Source of the DNA: an uncultured Actinomycetes bacterium
GTDB taxonomy: Bacteria > Actinomycetota > Thermoleophilia > RBG-16-64-13
Assembly (NCBI GenBank): GCA_963814365.1
Contig: CAWFCL010000005.1
Coordinates: 68,219-132,218 of the forward strand
Length of the DNA stretch: 64,000 nt
Direction of reading: 5' to 3'
The notes under the pieces were generated by a model, which saw only the letters and a list, made by a program, of their open reading frames with translations, made no database searches and was not told where the DNA came from. The translations under genes were made by a program, and so were the position numbers. Each line of letters opens with the position of its first letter. Positions within the stretch are counted from its first letter, which is position 1. Shown piece by piece: positions 35,320 through 45,572 of this stretch.

Positions 35320-36770
35320 AGCGATGCCACCACCTCTACGCCGAGCGCCTGCTCGGTAGCGTGCGCCGCCTCCAGCAACAATCGCTCAGAGAAGTGCGGT
35401 CCGACCAGCTGCAGACCGACGGGCATACCCTCGGAGAATCCCGCGGGGATGCTGATACCTGGCAGACCGGCCAGGTTCACAGGGATGGTGCAGAGATCCG
35501 ACAGGTACATGGCCAGGGGGTCGGCGGTGCGCTCCCCGAGCCTGAAGGCCACCGACGGCGACGTGGGCGAGATCAGGAAGTCGAAGTCGTGGAAGGCCTT
35601 GGCGAAGTCTTGGATGATGAGCGTGCGGGTCCGTTGGGCCTGAGCGTAGTAGGCGTCGTAGTACCCGGCTGAGAGAGCATAGGTACCTATCATGATGCGC
35701 CGCTTGACCTCGGGGCCGAAGCCCTCGCTGCGGGTGCGCACGTACATGTCGTAGAGATCCTTGGGCTCGGCGGCGCGGTGACCGTAACGAACCCCGTCGA
35801 ACCGGGCCAGGTTGGAACTAGCCTCCGACGGCGCGATGAGGTAGTAGGCGGCCACGCCGCGCTCCACGCTGGGCAGGCTGACCTCTTCGCAGACGCCACC
35901 CAACGCCTCGATGGCCTTGACCGCCGAAGCGAAGACTTCGCGCACCCCAGGCTCGCTGGCGTCGCCCAAGTACTCCTTGATGATGCCAAACCGCAGTCCC
36001 TTGAGTTCTCTACGCGCGGGCATGCCCGCCGGCTCGGGGAGGCCGGTGCTGGTGGAGTCGCGGGGGTCTTTGCCGGCGATGAGATCCAAGAGAGCCGCTG
36101 TGTCTTTGACGTCGCGGGTCAGTGGACCGATCTGATCCAGTGAGCTGGCGAAGGCTATCAGGCCGTAACGGCTGACCGCCCCGTAGGTGGGCTTCATGCC
36201 CACCACGCCGCAAAGTGACGCAGGCTGCCGTATCGAACCACCGGTGTCGCTACCCAGAGCCCAGGGAGCCATGGAGGCGGCGACGCAGGCAGCGGAGCCG
36301 CCACTGGAGCCGCCCGGCACCCGGTCGAGGTCCCAGGGGTTGCGGGTCACCTGATAGGCCGAATTCTCGGTGGAGCTGCCCATGGCGAACTCGTCCATGT
36401 TGAGTTTGCCTAAGAAGATGAGTCCGGCTTCACGCAGCTTCGCCACCACGGTGGCGTCGTAGGGAGGCACGTACCCTTTGAGAATGCGAGAGGCCGCCGT
36501 CGTCTCCATGCCCTTCACACACAGGACGTCTTTGAGACCTATCGGCACCCCCTCCCAGGGGCGCCGGTCACCTTTCGACTTGGCATCCACCGCGCGGGCG
36601 GCGCGCAGCGCCCCCGCCTCATCCACCGACAGGTACGCCCCCACCGATCCGTCCACGGCAGCTATCCGGTCCAGATAAGCCTGCGTCAGCTCTGCCGCTG
36701 AGACCTCGCCATCGGCCAGCAAATCCCTGCACTGGCAAGCCGTCAGCTTGGTGACATCCAAGACAGACAC
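35316..36770 (-). CDS. gatA: Glu-tRNA(Gln) amidotransferase subunit A
   Basis: Amidase signature GGSSGGSAA.VA...LGSDTGGSIRQPA. Overlaps gatB by 4 nt. Confidence 0.95.
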   Translation of the reverse strand: MSVLDVTKLTACQCRDLLADGEVSAAELTQAYLDRIAAVDGSVGAYLSVDEAGALRAARAVDAKSKGDRRPWEGVPIGLKDVLCVKGMETTAASRILKGYVPPYDATVVAKLREAGLIFLGKLNMDEFAMGSSTENSAYQVTRNPWDLDRVPGGSSGGSAACVAASMAPWALGSDTGGSIRQPASLCGVVGMKPTYGAVSRYGLIAFASSLDQIGPLTRDVKDTAALLDLIAGKDPRDSTSTGLPEPAGMPARRELKGLRFGIIKEYLGDASEPGVREVFASAVKAIEALGGVCEEVSLPSVERGVAAYYLIAPSEASSNLARFDGVRYGHRAAEPKDLYDMYVRTRSEGFGPEVKRRIMIGTYALSAGYYDAYYAQAQRTRTLIIQDFAKAFHDFDFLISPTSPSVAFRLGERTADPLAMYLSDLCTIPVNLAGLPGISIPAGFSEGMPVGLQLVGPHFSERLLLEAAHATEQALGVEVVASL

Positions 36771-37052
36771 CTAGCCTATCCGGGGCACCACGAACTGCCC
36801 CCGTTCTACCAACGGACCGTTGCCCACCGCTTCTTCGTGTGTCAGACCGGGCACGGGCTCGTCGGCGCGCACCACGTTATTGAGCGGCACAGCACGGGAG
36901 GTGGGTTCTAAGCCTGAGAGGTCCAACTCGGACAACTGCTCCACGTAAGAGATGATCTTCTCTAGTTCGGGCTGGAGACGAGCAAGCTCGTCCTCATCAA
37001 AGCGGAGGCGCGCCAAGCGCGCGACATGTTGGACTTCTTCGCGGGAGATCAT
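36771..37052 (-). CDS. gatC: Glu-tRNA(Gln) amidotransferase subunit C
   Basis: MISREEVQHVARLARL.F.E.E; 93 aa; abuts gatA. Confidence 0.9.
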   Translation of the reverse strand: MISREEVQHVARLARLRFDEDELARLQPELEKIISYVEQLSELDLSGLEPTSRAVPLNNVVRADEPVPGLTHEEAVGNGPLVERGQFVVPRIG

Positions 37053-37192
37053 GGTCCCTGGATTATAGCCAAAAAAGAAGGGCGCCCTGGCCAGGCGCCC
37101 GAGAGGAGAAAGGAGAGTCTCTATGATGGGACTCTCGCCCCCCTTATCGGCACCCGGCCATAATGCTTTAGCCCACCAGGTCCCTGAAAACG

Positions 37193-37218
37193 AAGAGCCC
37201 CGCCGGAGCGGGGCTCTT
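37193..37218. terminator. Rho-independent terminator downstream of the csp gene
   Basis: aagagccccgc-cgga-gcggggctctt is a perfect 11-bp stem with T/A-rich flanks on both strands. Confidence 0.6.
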
Positions 37219-37248
37219 TCTTTCGCTAGAGATACTTCTCTGCTTGGG

Positions 37249-37464
37249 TCAAACGGGCGAAACGTTAGCCGCCTGAAGGCCCTTGGGACCCTGGACTACC
37301 TCAAACTTGACAGCCTGTCCTTCCGAAAGCGTCTTGAACCCCTCTACCTGGACTTCACTGAAATGGACGAAGAGATCTTCACCCTCCGGCTGCTCAATGA
37401 ATCCGTAGCCCTTTTCGGGACTAAACCACTTGACAGTCCCCTCAGCCAACCCTACAACCTCCAT
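37249..37464 (-). CDS. Cold-shock protein (CspA family)
   Basis: [15 protein letters not shown]....[11 protein letters not shown]; ATG at 37464. An intergenic leader of about 125 nt lies upstream. Confidence 0.85.
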   Translation of the reverse strand: MEVVGLAEGTVKWFSPEKGYGFIEQPEGEDLFVHFSEVQVEGFKTLSEGQAVKFEVVQGPKGLQAANVSPV

Positions 37465-37591
37465 GTACTCGGGGCGACGTTCGGCCCACCCCACTCAAAA
37501 CACGCGGTCCGGCACAAACCGGACACGCGGCGCCACAATAGCTGAACCTGAGTGCTTGGTCAAGCCTTGAAGCGAGAATATCGAAAACTCC

Positions 37592-38707
37592 TCAACCGTC
37601 GATGTCGCGCAGCCCTTGGGCATCACGGAAATGCTTCAGACGATTAAGGGTCTTTGCCTCCACCTGCCGGATGCGTTCCCTGGTGACGCCGAAACGCTCC
37701 CCCACTTCCTCCAAGGTCCTGGGCCGCTCACCCTTCAGCCCGAAGCGCAACTCTAGGACCTTGCGGTCGCGGGCCGGGAGGCAATCGAGCACCTTGAAGA
37801 GCTCCTCTCTGCGTAGCTCACGGAACACGACCTCCAGAGGTTGATCGGAGTCGGCGCCGGCTATGAAGTCACCAAGTTCGGAGTCCTCTTCATCGCCCAC
37901 CGGCGTTTCCAGAGAAACGGGCTCCTGCGCCGCCTTCTGTATCTCTCTTACCTTGTTCGGACTGATGCCCAGCGCTTCGGCCATCTCCGGAACGGTGGGC
38001 TCTCGTCCGCTCTTCTGCAGCAACTCCCTCTGCACCCGGTTGAGCTTGTTCATGGTCTCCACTGCGTGCACTGGCACACGGATGGTCCTGGCCTGATCGG
38101 CGATGGCTCGAGTCACCGCCTGCCGTATCCACCATGTGGCGTAGGTAGAGAACTTGTATCCCAAGCGGTAGTCGAACTTCTCGACCGCCCGGATGAGCCC
38201 CAGATTCCCCTCCTGTATCAGATCCAAGAACAGCAGCCCCCGCCCCATGTACCGTTTGGCTATCGACACCACCAGGCGCAGGTTGGCTTCGGTCAGCTTG
38301 CGCTTCGCCTCTAGGTCTTGCTGCTCCACCCGCTTGGCCAGCTCCACCTCCTGCTGAGAAGTCAACAGGGGCACCTTGCCTATCTCGCGCAAGTACATGC
38401 GTACGGGGTCGTCTACGGTGTGGTCTATCGTCACGTCCAGCAGACTCAGGAATTCCTCTCCTTCGGAAAGGTCTTCTAGGTCTTCTGACTCTTCGTCCAC
38501 CACCTCGACGCCCATGTCACCCAAGAGCGAGTACACGAACTCAACATCTTCGGGAGTCAGGTCGGCTTCGTGTATGAGCGCGTTGACTTCCTCCAGCGTC
38601 AGAGAGCCTTGCTCCTTCGCCCGCTCGAGCGCACCCTGCAACACTTCGACGGTGACGTCGCCTCCGTGTACGGTCGCATCCTTGGGATTGTCGGTATCGT
38701 CAGACAT
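37592..38707 (-). CDS. rpoD: Principal-type sigma-70 factor in the dnaG-rpoD arrangement
   Basis: Regions 1.2-4 are present ([46 protein letters not shown]). ATG 38707 overlaps the dnaG stop by 8 nt. Confidence 0.9.
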   Translation of the reverse strand: MSDDTDNPKDATVHGGDVTVEVLQGALERAKEQGSLTLEEVNALIHEADLTPEDVEFVYSLLGDMGVEVVDEESEDLEDLSEGEEFLSLLDVTIDHTVDDPVRMYLREIGKVPLLTSQQEVELAKRVEQQDLEAKRKLTEANLRLVVSIAKRYMGRGLLFLDLIQEGNLGLIRAVEKFDYRLGYKFSTYATWWIRQAVTRAIADQARTIRVPVHAVETMNKLNRVQRELLQKSGREPTVPEMAEALGISPNKVREIQKAAQEPVSLETPVGDEEDSELGDFIAGADSDQPLEVVFRELRREELFKVLDCLPARDRKVLELRFGLKGERPRTLEEVGERFGVTRERIRQVEAKTLNRLKHFRDAQGLRDIDG

Positions 38708-40520
38708 CCACTTCCAACTTCATAAGACTTGCACGAACGCTCTGCAGACGCCGCTCCAACTCCACCATGCGGAGTTGAGTCGCGGCCACATCGCCATCTC
38801 CCTCCAGTTGAGGCCGCAGCTGACCTATGGCCGCAACGAAAAACCGCTCCAGCAGACGCAAGTGTAGTTCCCGCAGCACGGCCGGACCATAGTCGCCCTG
38901 GTCGGCCTCCATCACAAGACGGGTGAAAAGCGGAGCAGACTCAGACCCTTCACGAGCCCGAGCCTCCAGGGCAGCCAGCACTGCCGGTCGGTCGCCTTCG
39001 CCGGCACCAAGAGCCTGCTTCAGCACGACGAACACCTCGCGTTTGCCCGGATCGGCGAAATGCTCGGGAGTGAGCGACTCGATAAAGTCCGCCGCTGTCT
39101 CCAGATTGCAGACGGCAGCCACCAGAAAGTCCCTCTCCATGGAGGCCTCACTGCCAAGCAAACGCGAAGCGGGCAAGGTGCCTCTGCCCCCGACCCCCGT
39201 CGGCTTCGCCCGTCCAGACGTGGGTGAGGGGTCGCCCTGCAGAAGAAGACTCGTGCTCTCTTCGGTGAGCCGGAGCGAGTCAGCGACCAGTGGGATCTGT
39301 TCCTCGCGCTCCTTGCGCGATTCCACCGCGCTCATGATCGTTCGCACTTCTTCGAATACCTTGAGCCTACCGTTGGCAGTGGAGGTGTTCCCCACGGCCA
39401 GCGCTTGGCGCAACTCAAACTCCAGTAGAGGCATCTTGTCCGCGGTGAGCTTGTCAACAGCCTCTTGGCCACCGGCAACGGCGACGTCGGCGGGATCTTT
39501 CCCGGTCGGCAGCACAGCGCACATGGGCCTCAACGCGTGTCCGCGGGCCAAGCGACCAGAGCGCAGCATCGCCTCGGTGCCTGCCCGGTCGGCATCGAAC
39601 ATGAAGGTGACATTCTTGGCGAAACGCATCATCAGACCTATCTGGGCGTCGGTCAGCGCGGTACCCATGGAGGCCACCACGTTGCCCGCACCCGCTTGGG
39701 CTAGAGCAAGCACGTCTGTGTATCCTTCGACCACGATCACCTCATCTGAGTCCGCTACTGCCCTTCTGGCCTGATACAGCCCGTAAAGCAATTGTCCCTT
39801 CCTGTACAGGGGCCCCTCGGGTGAGTTCAGATACTTGGGAGTCTCGTCTGCCAGTGTCCTGCCGCCGAATCCCACCACCCTGCCCCGGTGGTCGACCAGG
39901 GGGAACATGAGTCTTCCCCTGAAGCGGTCGTAGGTCTTGCCGTTCTGCCGCACCAGCAGGCCGGCATCCTCCAACTCCCGGTCGGTGTAACCCTCTTTGA
40001 TGGCGCGCCCGTGCAGACCCCTCCAACCCGGCGGCGCCAGACCCACTCGGTAGGTCTCACAGATCTCCTTGCCCAGCCCGCGCGTTTCCAGGTAGTCTCT
40101 CGCCCCCTGGCTCTCCTTCGATTCCCACAGCAACTTCTGGTAAAACTTGGCCGCTCGGTCGAGCAGCTGCAGGAGTCGCGCGTCACGCTCCTTGCGACCG
40201 GCATCGGGACCGCTGCCCTCTTGATACTGGACGGGCACACCAAAGCGCTCACCCAACTGCTCGATGACTTCCGAGAAGGTGAGATTCTCGGCGCGCTCCA
40301 AGAAACGGACGATGTCGCCGCCTTCTCCGCAGCCAAAGCAGTAGTAGAGCCCCTTGTCGGCGCTGACAGTGAACGACGGCGTCTTCTCCTGATGAAAGGG
40401 GCAGAGTCCAGAGTGGGTGGCGCCACGCTTGCGCAGGCTCGTATACCCAGAGACCACCTCTACGATATTGGCGGCCGCCAACACCGCCTGGACGCTCTCG
40501 TCCTTGATGAAGGGACTCAT
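38700..40520 (-). CDS. dnaG: DNA primase
   Basis: Zinc finger [11 protein letters not shown]......YYCFGCG..GD; TOPRIM motif [11 protein letters not shown] 40520 (MSPFIKDE). The ORF-track N-extension to 40667 looks non-coding. Confidence 0.9.
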   Translation of the reverse strand: MSPFIKDESVQAVLAAANIVEVVSGYTSLRKRGATHSGLCPFHQEKTPSFTVSADKGLYYCFGCGEGGDIVRFLERAENLTFSEVIEQLGERFGVPVQYQEGSGPDAGRKERDARLLQLLDRAAKFYQKLLWESKESQGARDYLETRGLGKEICETYRVGLAPPGWRGLHGRAIKEGYTDRELEDAGLLVRQNGKTYDRFRGRLMFPLVDHRGRVVGFGGRTLADETPKYLNSPEGPLYRKGQLLYGLYQARRAVADSDEVIVVEGYTDVLALAQAGAGNVVASMGTALTDAQIGLMMRFAKNVTFMFDADRAGTEAMLRSGRLARGHALRPMCAVLPTGKDPADVAVAGGQEAVDKLTADKMPLLEFELRQALAVGNTSTANGRLKVFEEVRTIMSAVESRKEREEQIPLVADSLRLTEESTSLLLQGDPSPTSGRAKPTGVGGRGTLPASRLLGSEASMERDFLVAAVCNLETAADFIESLTPEHFADPGKREVFVVLKQALGAGEGDRPAVLAALEARAREGSESAPLFTRLVMEADQGDYGPAVLRELHLRLLERFFVAAIGQLRPQLEGDGDVAATQLRMVELERRLQSVRASLMKLEVDV

Positions 40521-40611
40521 GGCCGCCCGGCCGGCCGATAGCCCGCCACAGTGCCGCCCGCCACGCGATGCGGCGCGGTGCGGTGTTGCGCCACGCTGTA
40601 CTGCGCCCCAC

Positions 40612-41730
40612 TCACAGATCGCCCCAACACCTGGGCATGAACAGCTCCAGGTAGAGCCGCTGGGCATAGCGGTCGGTCATGCCCGCGACATGGTCGGTGA
40701 CAGCCCGCACGAGTCCCGTGCGGCCCGTGTCATGGCCGCTGTCCCACTCCGGTGGAGCTGGCAGCGCCTCGGGATGCTGCAAGAAGTACTCCATGAGTTC
40801 GGTCAGCAACTGCCGTATCTTCCCGCCCCCGGACTGCTCCTGGGCCCGCACGTAGACCGTCGCGAAGAGGAACTCCCGCAGCTCGGTCATGGCCTGTCCG
40901 ATCTCAGGCGTCTGCAATATACCGGGCGCCTCCACCGCCTCGTCTGCCCACGCCTCGGCGCTGGCGTCGACCAAGTCATGAACCAAAGTGTCGATGCGGT
41001 CGCTGCCGGTCTCTCCCAGGAGTCCGACCGGGCGTCTGGGTAGATCGTCCGGAGTTATGAGTCCGGCACGGAGCGCATCATCAATGTCGTGATTGACGTA
41101 GGCGATGCGGTCGGCCAGATGGACTATCTCGGCCTCCAGCGTGGCCGGGCTGGCATCGTCGCCCGAGTGGTGCCGGATGCCGTCGATGACCTCCCAGGTG
41201 AGGTTCAGACCCTGCCCCTCGTTCTCTAACACCTCGACCACGCGGACACTCTGCTCGTTGTGCTGGAACCCACCCATGCCCATCTTGCGTAGCATCTCGT
41301 CGAGCACGCTCTCGCCAGCATGTCCAAACGGAGTGTGACCCAGATCGTGGCCGAGCGCGATAGCCTCGGTCAGGTCTTCGTTGAGTCGCAGCGCCCGTGC
41401 CGCTGTCCGAGCGATGCCGGACACCTCCAAGGTGTGAGTCAGACGAGTGCGATAATGATCGCCTTCAGGAGAGATGAACACCTGGGTCTTGTGCTTCAAC
41501 CGTCGGAACGATTTGCTGTGGACTATGCGATCGCGGTCGCGCTGGTAGGCAGTGCGGAGGGAGCAGGGTTCGTCGGTACGTGCGCGGCCGCGCGACTGGG
41601 ACGAGCGCTGAGCGCGCGGAGAGAGTCCCGCCTCGTACAGGTCGGCGGACAACTCGATTCTTCCTGGCCGCTCCCTTTTCACCGTACGCACCCTCCCGGC
41701 ACTCTGCCCCGGCACCTGTGACGCTGGCAA
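40612..41730 (-). CDS. dGTP triphosphohydrolase-like HD-domain protein
   Basis: YQRDRDRI.HS..FRRL..KTQVF......HYRTRLTHTLEV..IAR......L.EAIALGHDLGHTPFGH. The start is uncertain. Confidence 0.85.
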   Translation of the reverse strand: MPASQVPGQSAGRVRTVKRERPGRIELSADLYEAGLSPRAQRSSQSRGRARTDEPCSLRTAYQRDRDRIVHSKSFRRLKHKTQVFISPEGDHYRTRLTHTLEVSGIARTAARALRLNEDLTEAIALGHDLGHTPFGHAGESVLDEMLRKMGMGGFQHNEQSVRVVEVLENEGQGLNLTWEVIDGIRHHSGDDASPATLEAEIVHLADRIAYVNHDIDDALRAGLITPDDLPRRPVGLLGETGSDRIDTLVHDLVDASAEAWADEAVEAPGILQTPEIGQAMTELREFLFATVYVRAQEQSGGGKIRQLLTELMEYFLQHPEALPAPPEWDSGHDTGRTGLVRAVTDHVAGMTDRYAQRLYLELFMPRCWGDL

Positions 41731-41897
41731 GCGCCCGACGACGACAAGCGTGGGACGCCAAGTCTACAACTTACTCCGGATGGTTTCGCAACGGCCGAGC
41801 CCCTCGATCTGCACCGCATCCCGCGCGAGGCATGCGGCAGCAAACCGTGTGAGGCCAGCAGCACCTGCGACATCTCACGACGCCTGCGACACCCCGC

Positions 41898-41931
41898 GGA
41901 GGGAGCGGCGCCTTGCGGCGACGCGCCCTCC
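41898..41931. terminator. Imperfect GC-rich hairpin immediately after the ppdK stop
   Basis: A 15-bp stem with 2 mismatches and a ttgc loop. There is no clear U-tract. Confidence 0.35.
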
Positions 41932-41933
41932 GG

Positions 41934-44600
41934 TCAGTCGCCGGTCTTGGCCGCGGTCTTCTCTTCGAGCACCGCCTGCGCCGCCGCCAGGCGCGCCAAC
42001 GGTACCCGATAGGGCGAGCAGCTCACGTAGTTGAGCCCCGTCCGGTGGCAGAACTTCACGCTCGTCGGCTCGCCGCCGTGCTCGCCGCAGATACCCGTCT
42101 TGAGCTCGGGCTTGACCGAGCGGCCCTTCTGCACGGCCATGGCGACAAGCTGGCCCACGCCGTTCTGATCGAGCTTCTCGAAAGGATTCGCCTTGAGAAG
42201 ATCGGTAGCTAGGTAGTGGGTCAAGAACTTGCCCTCGGCGTCGTCACGCGAGAAGGCCAGGGTCATCTGAGTGAGGTCGTTAGTGCCGAAGCTGAAGAAG
42301 TCTGCGTACTCGGCGATCTCGTTGGCCGTCAGGGCGGCACGCGGTACCTCGATCATGGTGCCCACGGTGTAGTCGATCTTGACGCCCCTCTCCTTGAGCA
42401 CGGCGCCGGCCGTCTCCACGGTGAGAGTGCGCATCCGCTTGAGCTCTTCCTGGAAGCCCACCAGCGGGATCATGATCTCCACATGCGGCTGCTTGCCCGT
42501 AGAAGCCATGACGTCGGCGGCCGCCTCGATGATGGCGCGCACCTGCATCGCGTAGATCTCCGGCCACTGGATGCCCAGACGGCAACCACGGGTACCCAGC
42601 ATCGGGTTCGACTCAGCCAACGACTTCACGATGGCCACCAGCTTCTCCTGCGCCTCTATCTCCTTGGCGGAAGCCTTGGTCAGTCGCAGCCTTTCCAGCT
42701 CCACCACGACCTCGGTGTAGTTGGGCAGGAACTCGTGCAGCGGCGGGTCGAGCAAACGGATGGTCACCGGCAGCCCCTCCATGGCCCGAAAGATGCCGTC
42801 GAAGTCCTCACGCTGGAAAGGCAACAGCTTGGCCAGATGCTGCTCGCGCTCGGCGGTGTCGGCGGCCATGATCATGCTCTGCACGTGCGGCAGGCGGTCC
42901 TGCTGCATGAACATGTGCTCGGTACGGCAGAGGCCGATACCCTCGGCGCCGAACTCGCGGGCCTGCTTCGCGTCCTCGGGCGTGTCGGCGTTGGTGCGCA
43001 CCTTCAGACGGCGAACCTCGTCGGCCCAGCCGAGCACTGCATTGATATTCTCGTTGAGTCCGGCCGGCACCAGCTTCGCTTGCCCCATGATCACCCGGCC
43101 GGTGGCTCCGTCCATGGAGATCCACTCACCCGACTTGATGACCTTGCCACCGATACTGAACTGACCGGCCTTCTCATCGATCTTCATCTCCTGCACACCG
43201 GCGATGCACGGCTTGCCCATGCCGCGGGCTACGACCGCCGCGTGGGAGGTCATGCCGCCGTGGCTGGTGATGACGCCCTGAGCATGCATCAGGCCGTGTA
43301 TGTCGTCGGGGTTGGTCTCCCAACGCACCAGGATGACAGGCTCGCCCTTGGTGCCCTTCTCCTCGGCCTCGTCGGCAGTGAAGACCACCTGGCCCACGCC
43401 GGCGCCTGGCGACGCGCCCAGGCCGGTCGCCAGCACGTTCAGCTCCTGGTTGGGATCCAGGCGCGGGTGCAGCAGTTGGTCGAGTTGCGCAGGATCGACG
43501 CGCAGAAGCGCCTCATCCTTGCTGATCATTCCCTCGGCCACCATGTCCACGGCCATCTTAAGAGCGGCCGGGGCAGTGCGCTTGCCACTGCGAGTCTGCA
43601 GCATGTAGAGCTTGCTGTCCTCGATGGTGAACTCCACATCCTGCATATCACGATAATGCTTCTCGAGCGTGTCGCGGATGGCGTACAACTGTTCCAGCGC
43701 GGTCGGCATCACCTCGCGCAGTTCCTCCAGAGGACGGGGCACACGAACGCCGGCCACGACGTCCTCACCTTGAGCGTTCATCAAGAACTCGCCGTAGAAG
43801 AAGTTCTCTCCGGTCGACGGGTCGCGGGTGAAGGCCACGCCGGTACCTGACGTCTCGCCCTTGTTGCCGAACACCATGCTCTGCAGGTTGACGGCAGTGC
43901 CCAGATCATCAGGGATGCCCTGGGTGCGGCGGTAGATCTTGGCGCGGTTGTTGTCCCAACTCTTGAACACGGCGATCGTAGACATGTGCATCTGCTTGAT
44001 GGCGTCGTCAGGGAACTGCTCGCCGGCCTCGTCCGCCAGGATCTTCTTGAAACGGACGGTCAGGTCGCGCAGGTCATCGGCCGAAAGGTCGGTGTCGAGC
44101 TTGGCGCCCACCTCGGCCTTCTTGGCGGTCAGCGCATCTTCGAAGGCCTGCGACTCGACGCCCATGACCACGTCGCCGAACATGCTGATGAATCTACGGT
44201 AGGAGTCGTATGCGAACCGGGGGTTGTCGGTGAGCTTGGCCATGCCCTCGACCGTCTCATCGTTGAGGCCCAGGTTGAGGACGGTGTCCATCATGCCCGG
44301 CATACTGAAGACGGCGCCGGAGCGCACAGACAACAGCAGGGGGTTCTTGGGATCGCCCAGCTTCTTGCCCGTGAGCTTCTCCAGAGCGCAAAGATGGTCT
44401 TCCATCTCCTTCTCGAGGCCGTCGGGATACTTGCCGTTGGCGGAGTAGTAGATACAAGCGGCGGTCGTTACTGTAAAACCTTGGGGCACGGGTATGCCGA
44501 GCCCAGTCATCTCCGCAAGGTTGGCGCCTTTGCCCCCCAAGAGAGGCTTCATGGAGGCATTGCCCTCAGAGAAATCGTACACGTACTTGGTCGGAGTCAT
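41934..44600 (-). CDS. ppdK: Pyruvate, phosphate dikinase
   Basis: YVYDFSEGNASMKPLLGGKGANLAEM...GGMTSHAAVVARG...CGEHGG; 888 aa. Confidence 0.95.
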   Translation of the reverse strand: MTPTKYVYDFSEGNASMKPLLGGKGANLAEMTGLGIPVPQGFTVTTAACIYYSANGKYPDGLEKEMEDHLCALEKLTGKKLGDPKNPLLLSVRSGAVFSMPGMMDTVLNLGLNDETVEGMAKLTDNPRFAYDSYRRFISMFGDVVMGVESQAFEDALTAKKAEVGAKLDTDLSADDLRDLTVRFKKILADEAGEQFPDDAIKQMHMSTIAVFKSWDNNRAKIYRRTQGIPDDLGTAVNLQSMVFGNKGETSGTGVAFTRDPSTGENFFYGEFLMNAQGEDVVAGVRVPRPLEELREVMPTALEQLYAIRDTLEKHYRDMQDVEFTIEDSKLYMLQTRSGKRTAPAALKMAVDMVAEGMISKDEALLRVDPAQLDQLLHPRLDPNQELNVLATGLGASPGAGVGQVVFTADEAEEKGTKGEPVILVRWETNPDDIHGLMHAQGVITSHGGMTSHAAVVARGMGKPCIAGVQEMKIDEKAGQFSIGGKVIKSGEWISMDGATGRVIMGQAKLVPAGLNENINAVLGWADEVRRLKVRTNADTPEDAKQAREFGAEGIGLCRTEHMFMQQDRLPHVQSMIMAADTAEREQHLAKLLPFQREDFDGIFRAMEGLPVTIRLLDPPLHEFLPNYTEVVVELERLRLTKASAKEIEAQEKLVAIVKSLAESNPMLGTRGCRLGIQWPEIYAMQVRAIIEAAADVMASTGKQPHVEIMIPLVGFQEELKRMRTLTVETAGAVLKERGVKIDYTVGTMIEVPRAALTANEIAEYADFFSFGTNDLTQMTLAFSRDDAEGKFLTHYLATDLLKANPFEKLDQNGVGQLVAMAVQKGRSVKPELKTGICGEHGGEPTSVKFCHRTGLNYVSCSPYRVPLARLAAAQAVLEEKTAAKTGD

Positions 44601-44716
44601 CGGTCCAGGCTCCCTTCGAGACGGCTAGAGGACGGGAGCGGAATATCGCTCCCAAAGACTTCGCATTTTAGCGAAGCCGCCCCGCTATGGGAAGCGGCTG
44701 GTGCCGGACCAGATCA

Positions 44717-45133
44717 TCATCGGTGGCGGGCCTCCACAAGTGCATCGGCTGCAGAGACCATCACTCCCACATCGCCATCCCACACATCAAAGATCTGGAT
44801 GATCACGCCCCCAATCAGAACCTTGAGCAGGGGCGTGCCATTCGGTGCGGCGTCATAGAGGTTGTACGTACCCCGGCCTCCCCGCACCTCCCTGGGATCG
44901 GTCAACTGCGCCTCGATGTTCGCCAAGATCTCGGGATCGATATTGTAAGGGTCGTACTCGGCAAGCTTCACCACGGGTGAAGAGCCCGGCACAAACGGCT
45001 CGGCAGGATCTGCTCCGTACTGCAAGGTCGCTACCCCTGTACCGCCCACACTCGATTCCGTCAGTGGCCGCTCTTCGAAGTTTTCGCCTACCCAGTACAC
45101 CTTGTGCTCCGCAAGACTGACAAGCTCTTGCAT
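44717..45133 (-). CDS. Hypothetical protein, possibly the distal fragment of a decayed lipoprotein gene extending to about 45535
   Basis: The ORF has coherent composition. Protein-like segments, including a lipobox, lie upstream in shifting frames (see findings). Confidence 0.4.
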   Translation of the reverse strand: MQELVSLAEHKVYWVGENFEERPLTESSVGGTGVATLQYGADPAEPFVPGSSPVVKLAEYDPYNIDPEILANIEAQLTDPREVRGGRGTYNLYDAAPNGTPLLKVLIGGVIIQIFDVWDGDVGVMVSAADALVEARHR

Positions 45134-45572
45134 ATTCAGACTTAGCTCTTTCGGAGGCTCCCACTACCCGTACGCTCTAAGGAGTTCTCTCACTGCATTC
45201 TCCAGTCCGGGCGCCCTGAGTTGCATGAACGTCTATCGGATCAAGTGTTCCGGAGTGGTATCAGTGCTGAGCGAGGCTGGTGATACGCCATTGTACGCAG
45301 AGACAATGGCGTCGATATGCTGCTGTGCGTCCTGGTAGCTCAGAGGTTGTCGGTCTCGATCTCGATGCCAGTCACGTCCTTGGCATCGATCTGGGGCAGA
45401 CCGTCTGACCCGCAGCCCACCGCACCCGCCACCACAAGGACTGACCACCGAGATGGAATGCGATGCCACCCCCGGACCAGACGGTCTCCGTGGGTCCCTT
45501 GCGCCCAAGTTTCATGGTGTTATGCTGGGGCATATCGGAAAAGCTGGCTACCGAACCAGAAAGGGGGTCCGA

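Noticed and set aside
37053-37248. A structured RNA in the gatC-csp intergenic region (hairpins gggcgcc/ggcgccc and gagagtc/gactctc)
   Set aside because: Apart from the clear terminator at 37193-37218, I could not match the region to any known RNA family, and the stems are short. It is left unannotated.
40521-40667. The N-terminal 49-codon extension of dnaG in the ORF track
   Set aside because: The extension is Cys/Gly/Arg-rich, would overlap the dgt-like gene, and precedes a canonical primase N-terminus at ATG 40520.
42216-43850. A 544-aa ORF on the plus strand opposite ppdK
   Set aside because: It is a mirror ORF inside a strongly recognisable pyruvate phosphate dikinase gene. The translation is His/Leu/Arg/Gly-rich with no motifs, which is typical of high-G+C antisense frames.
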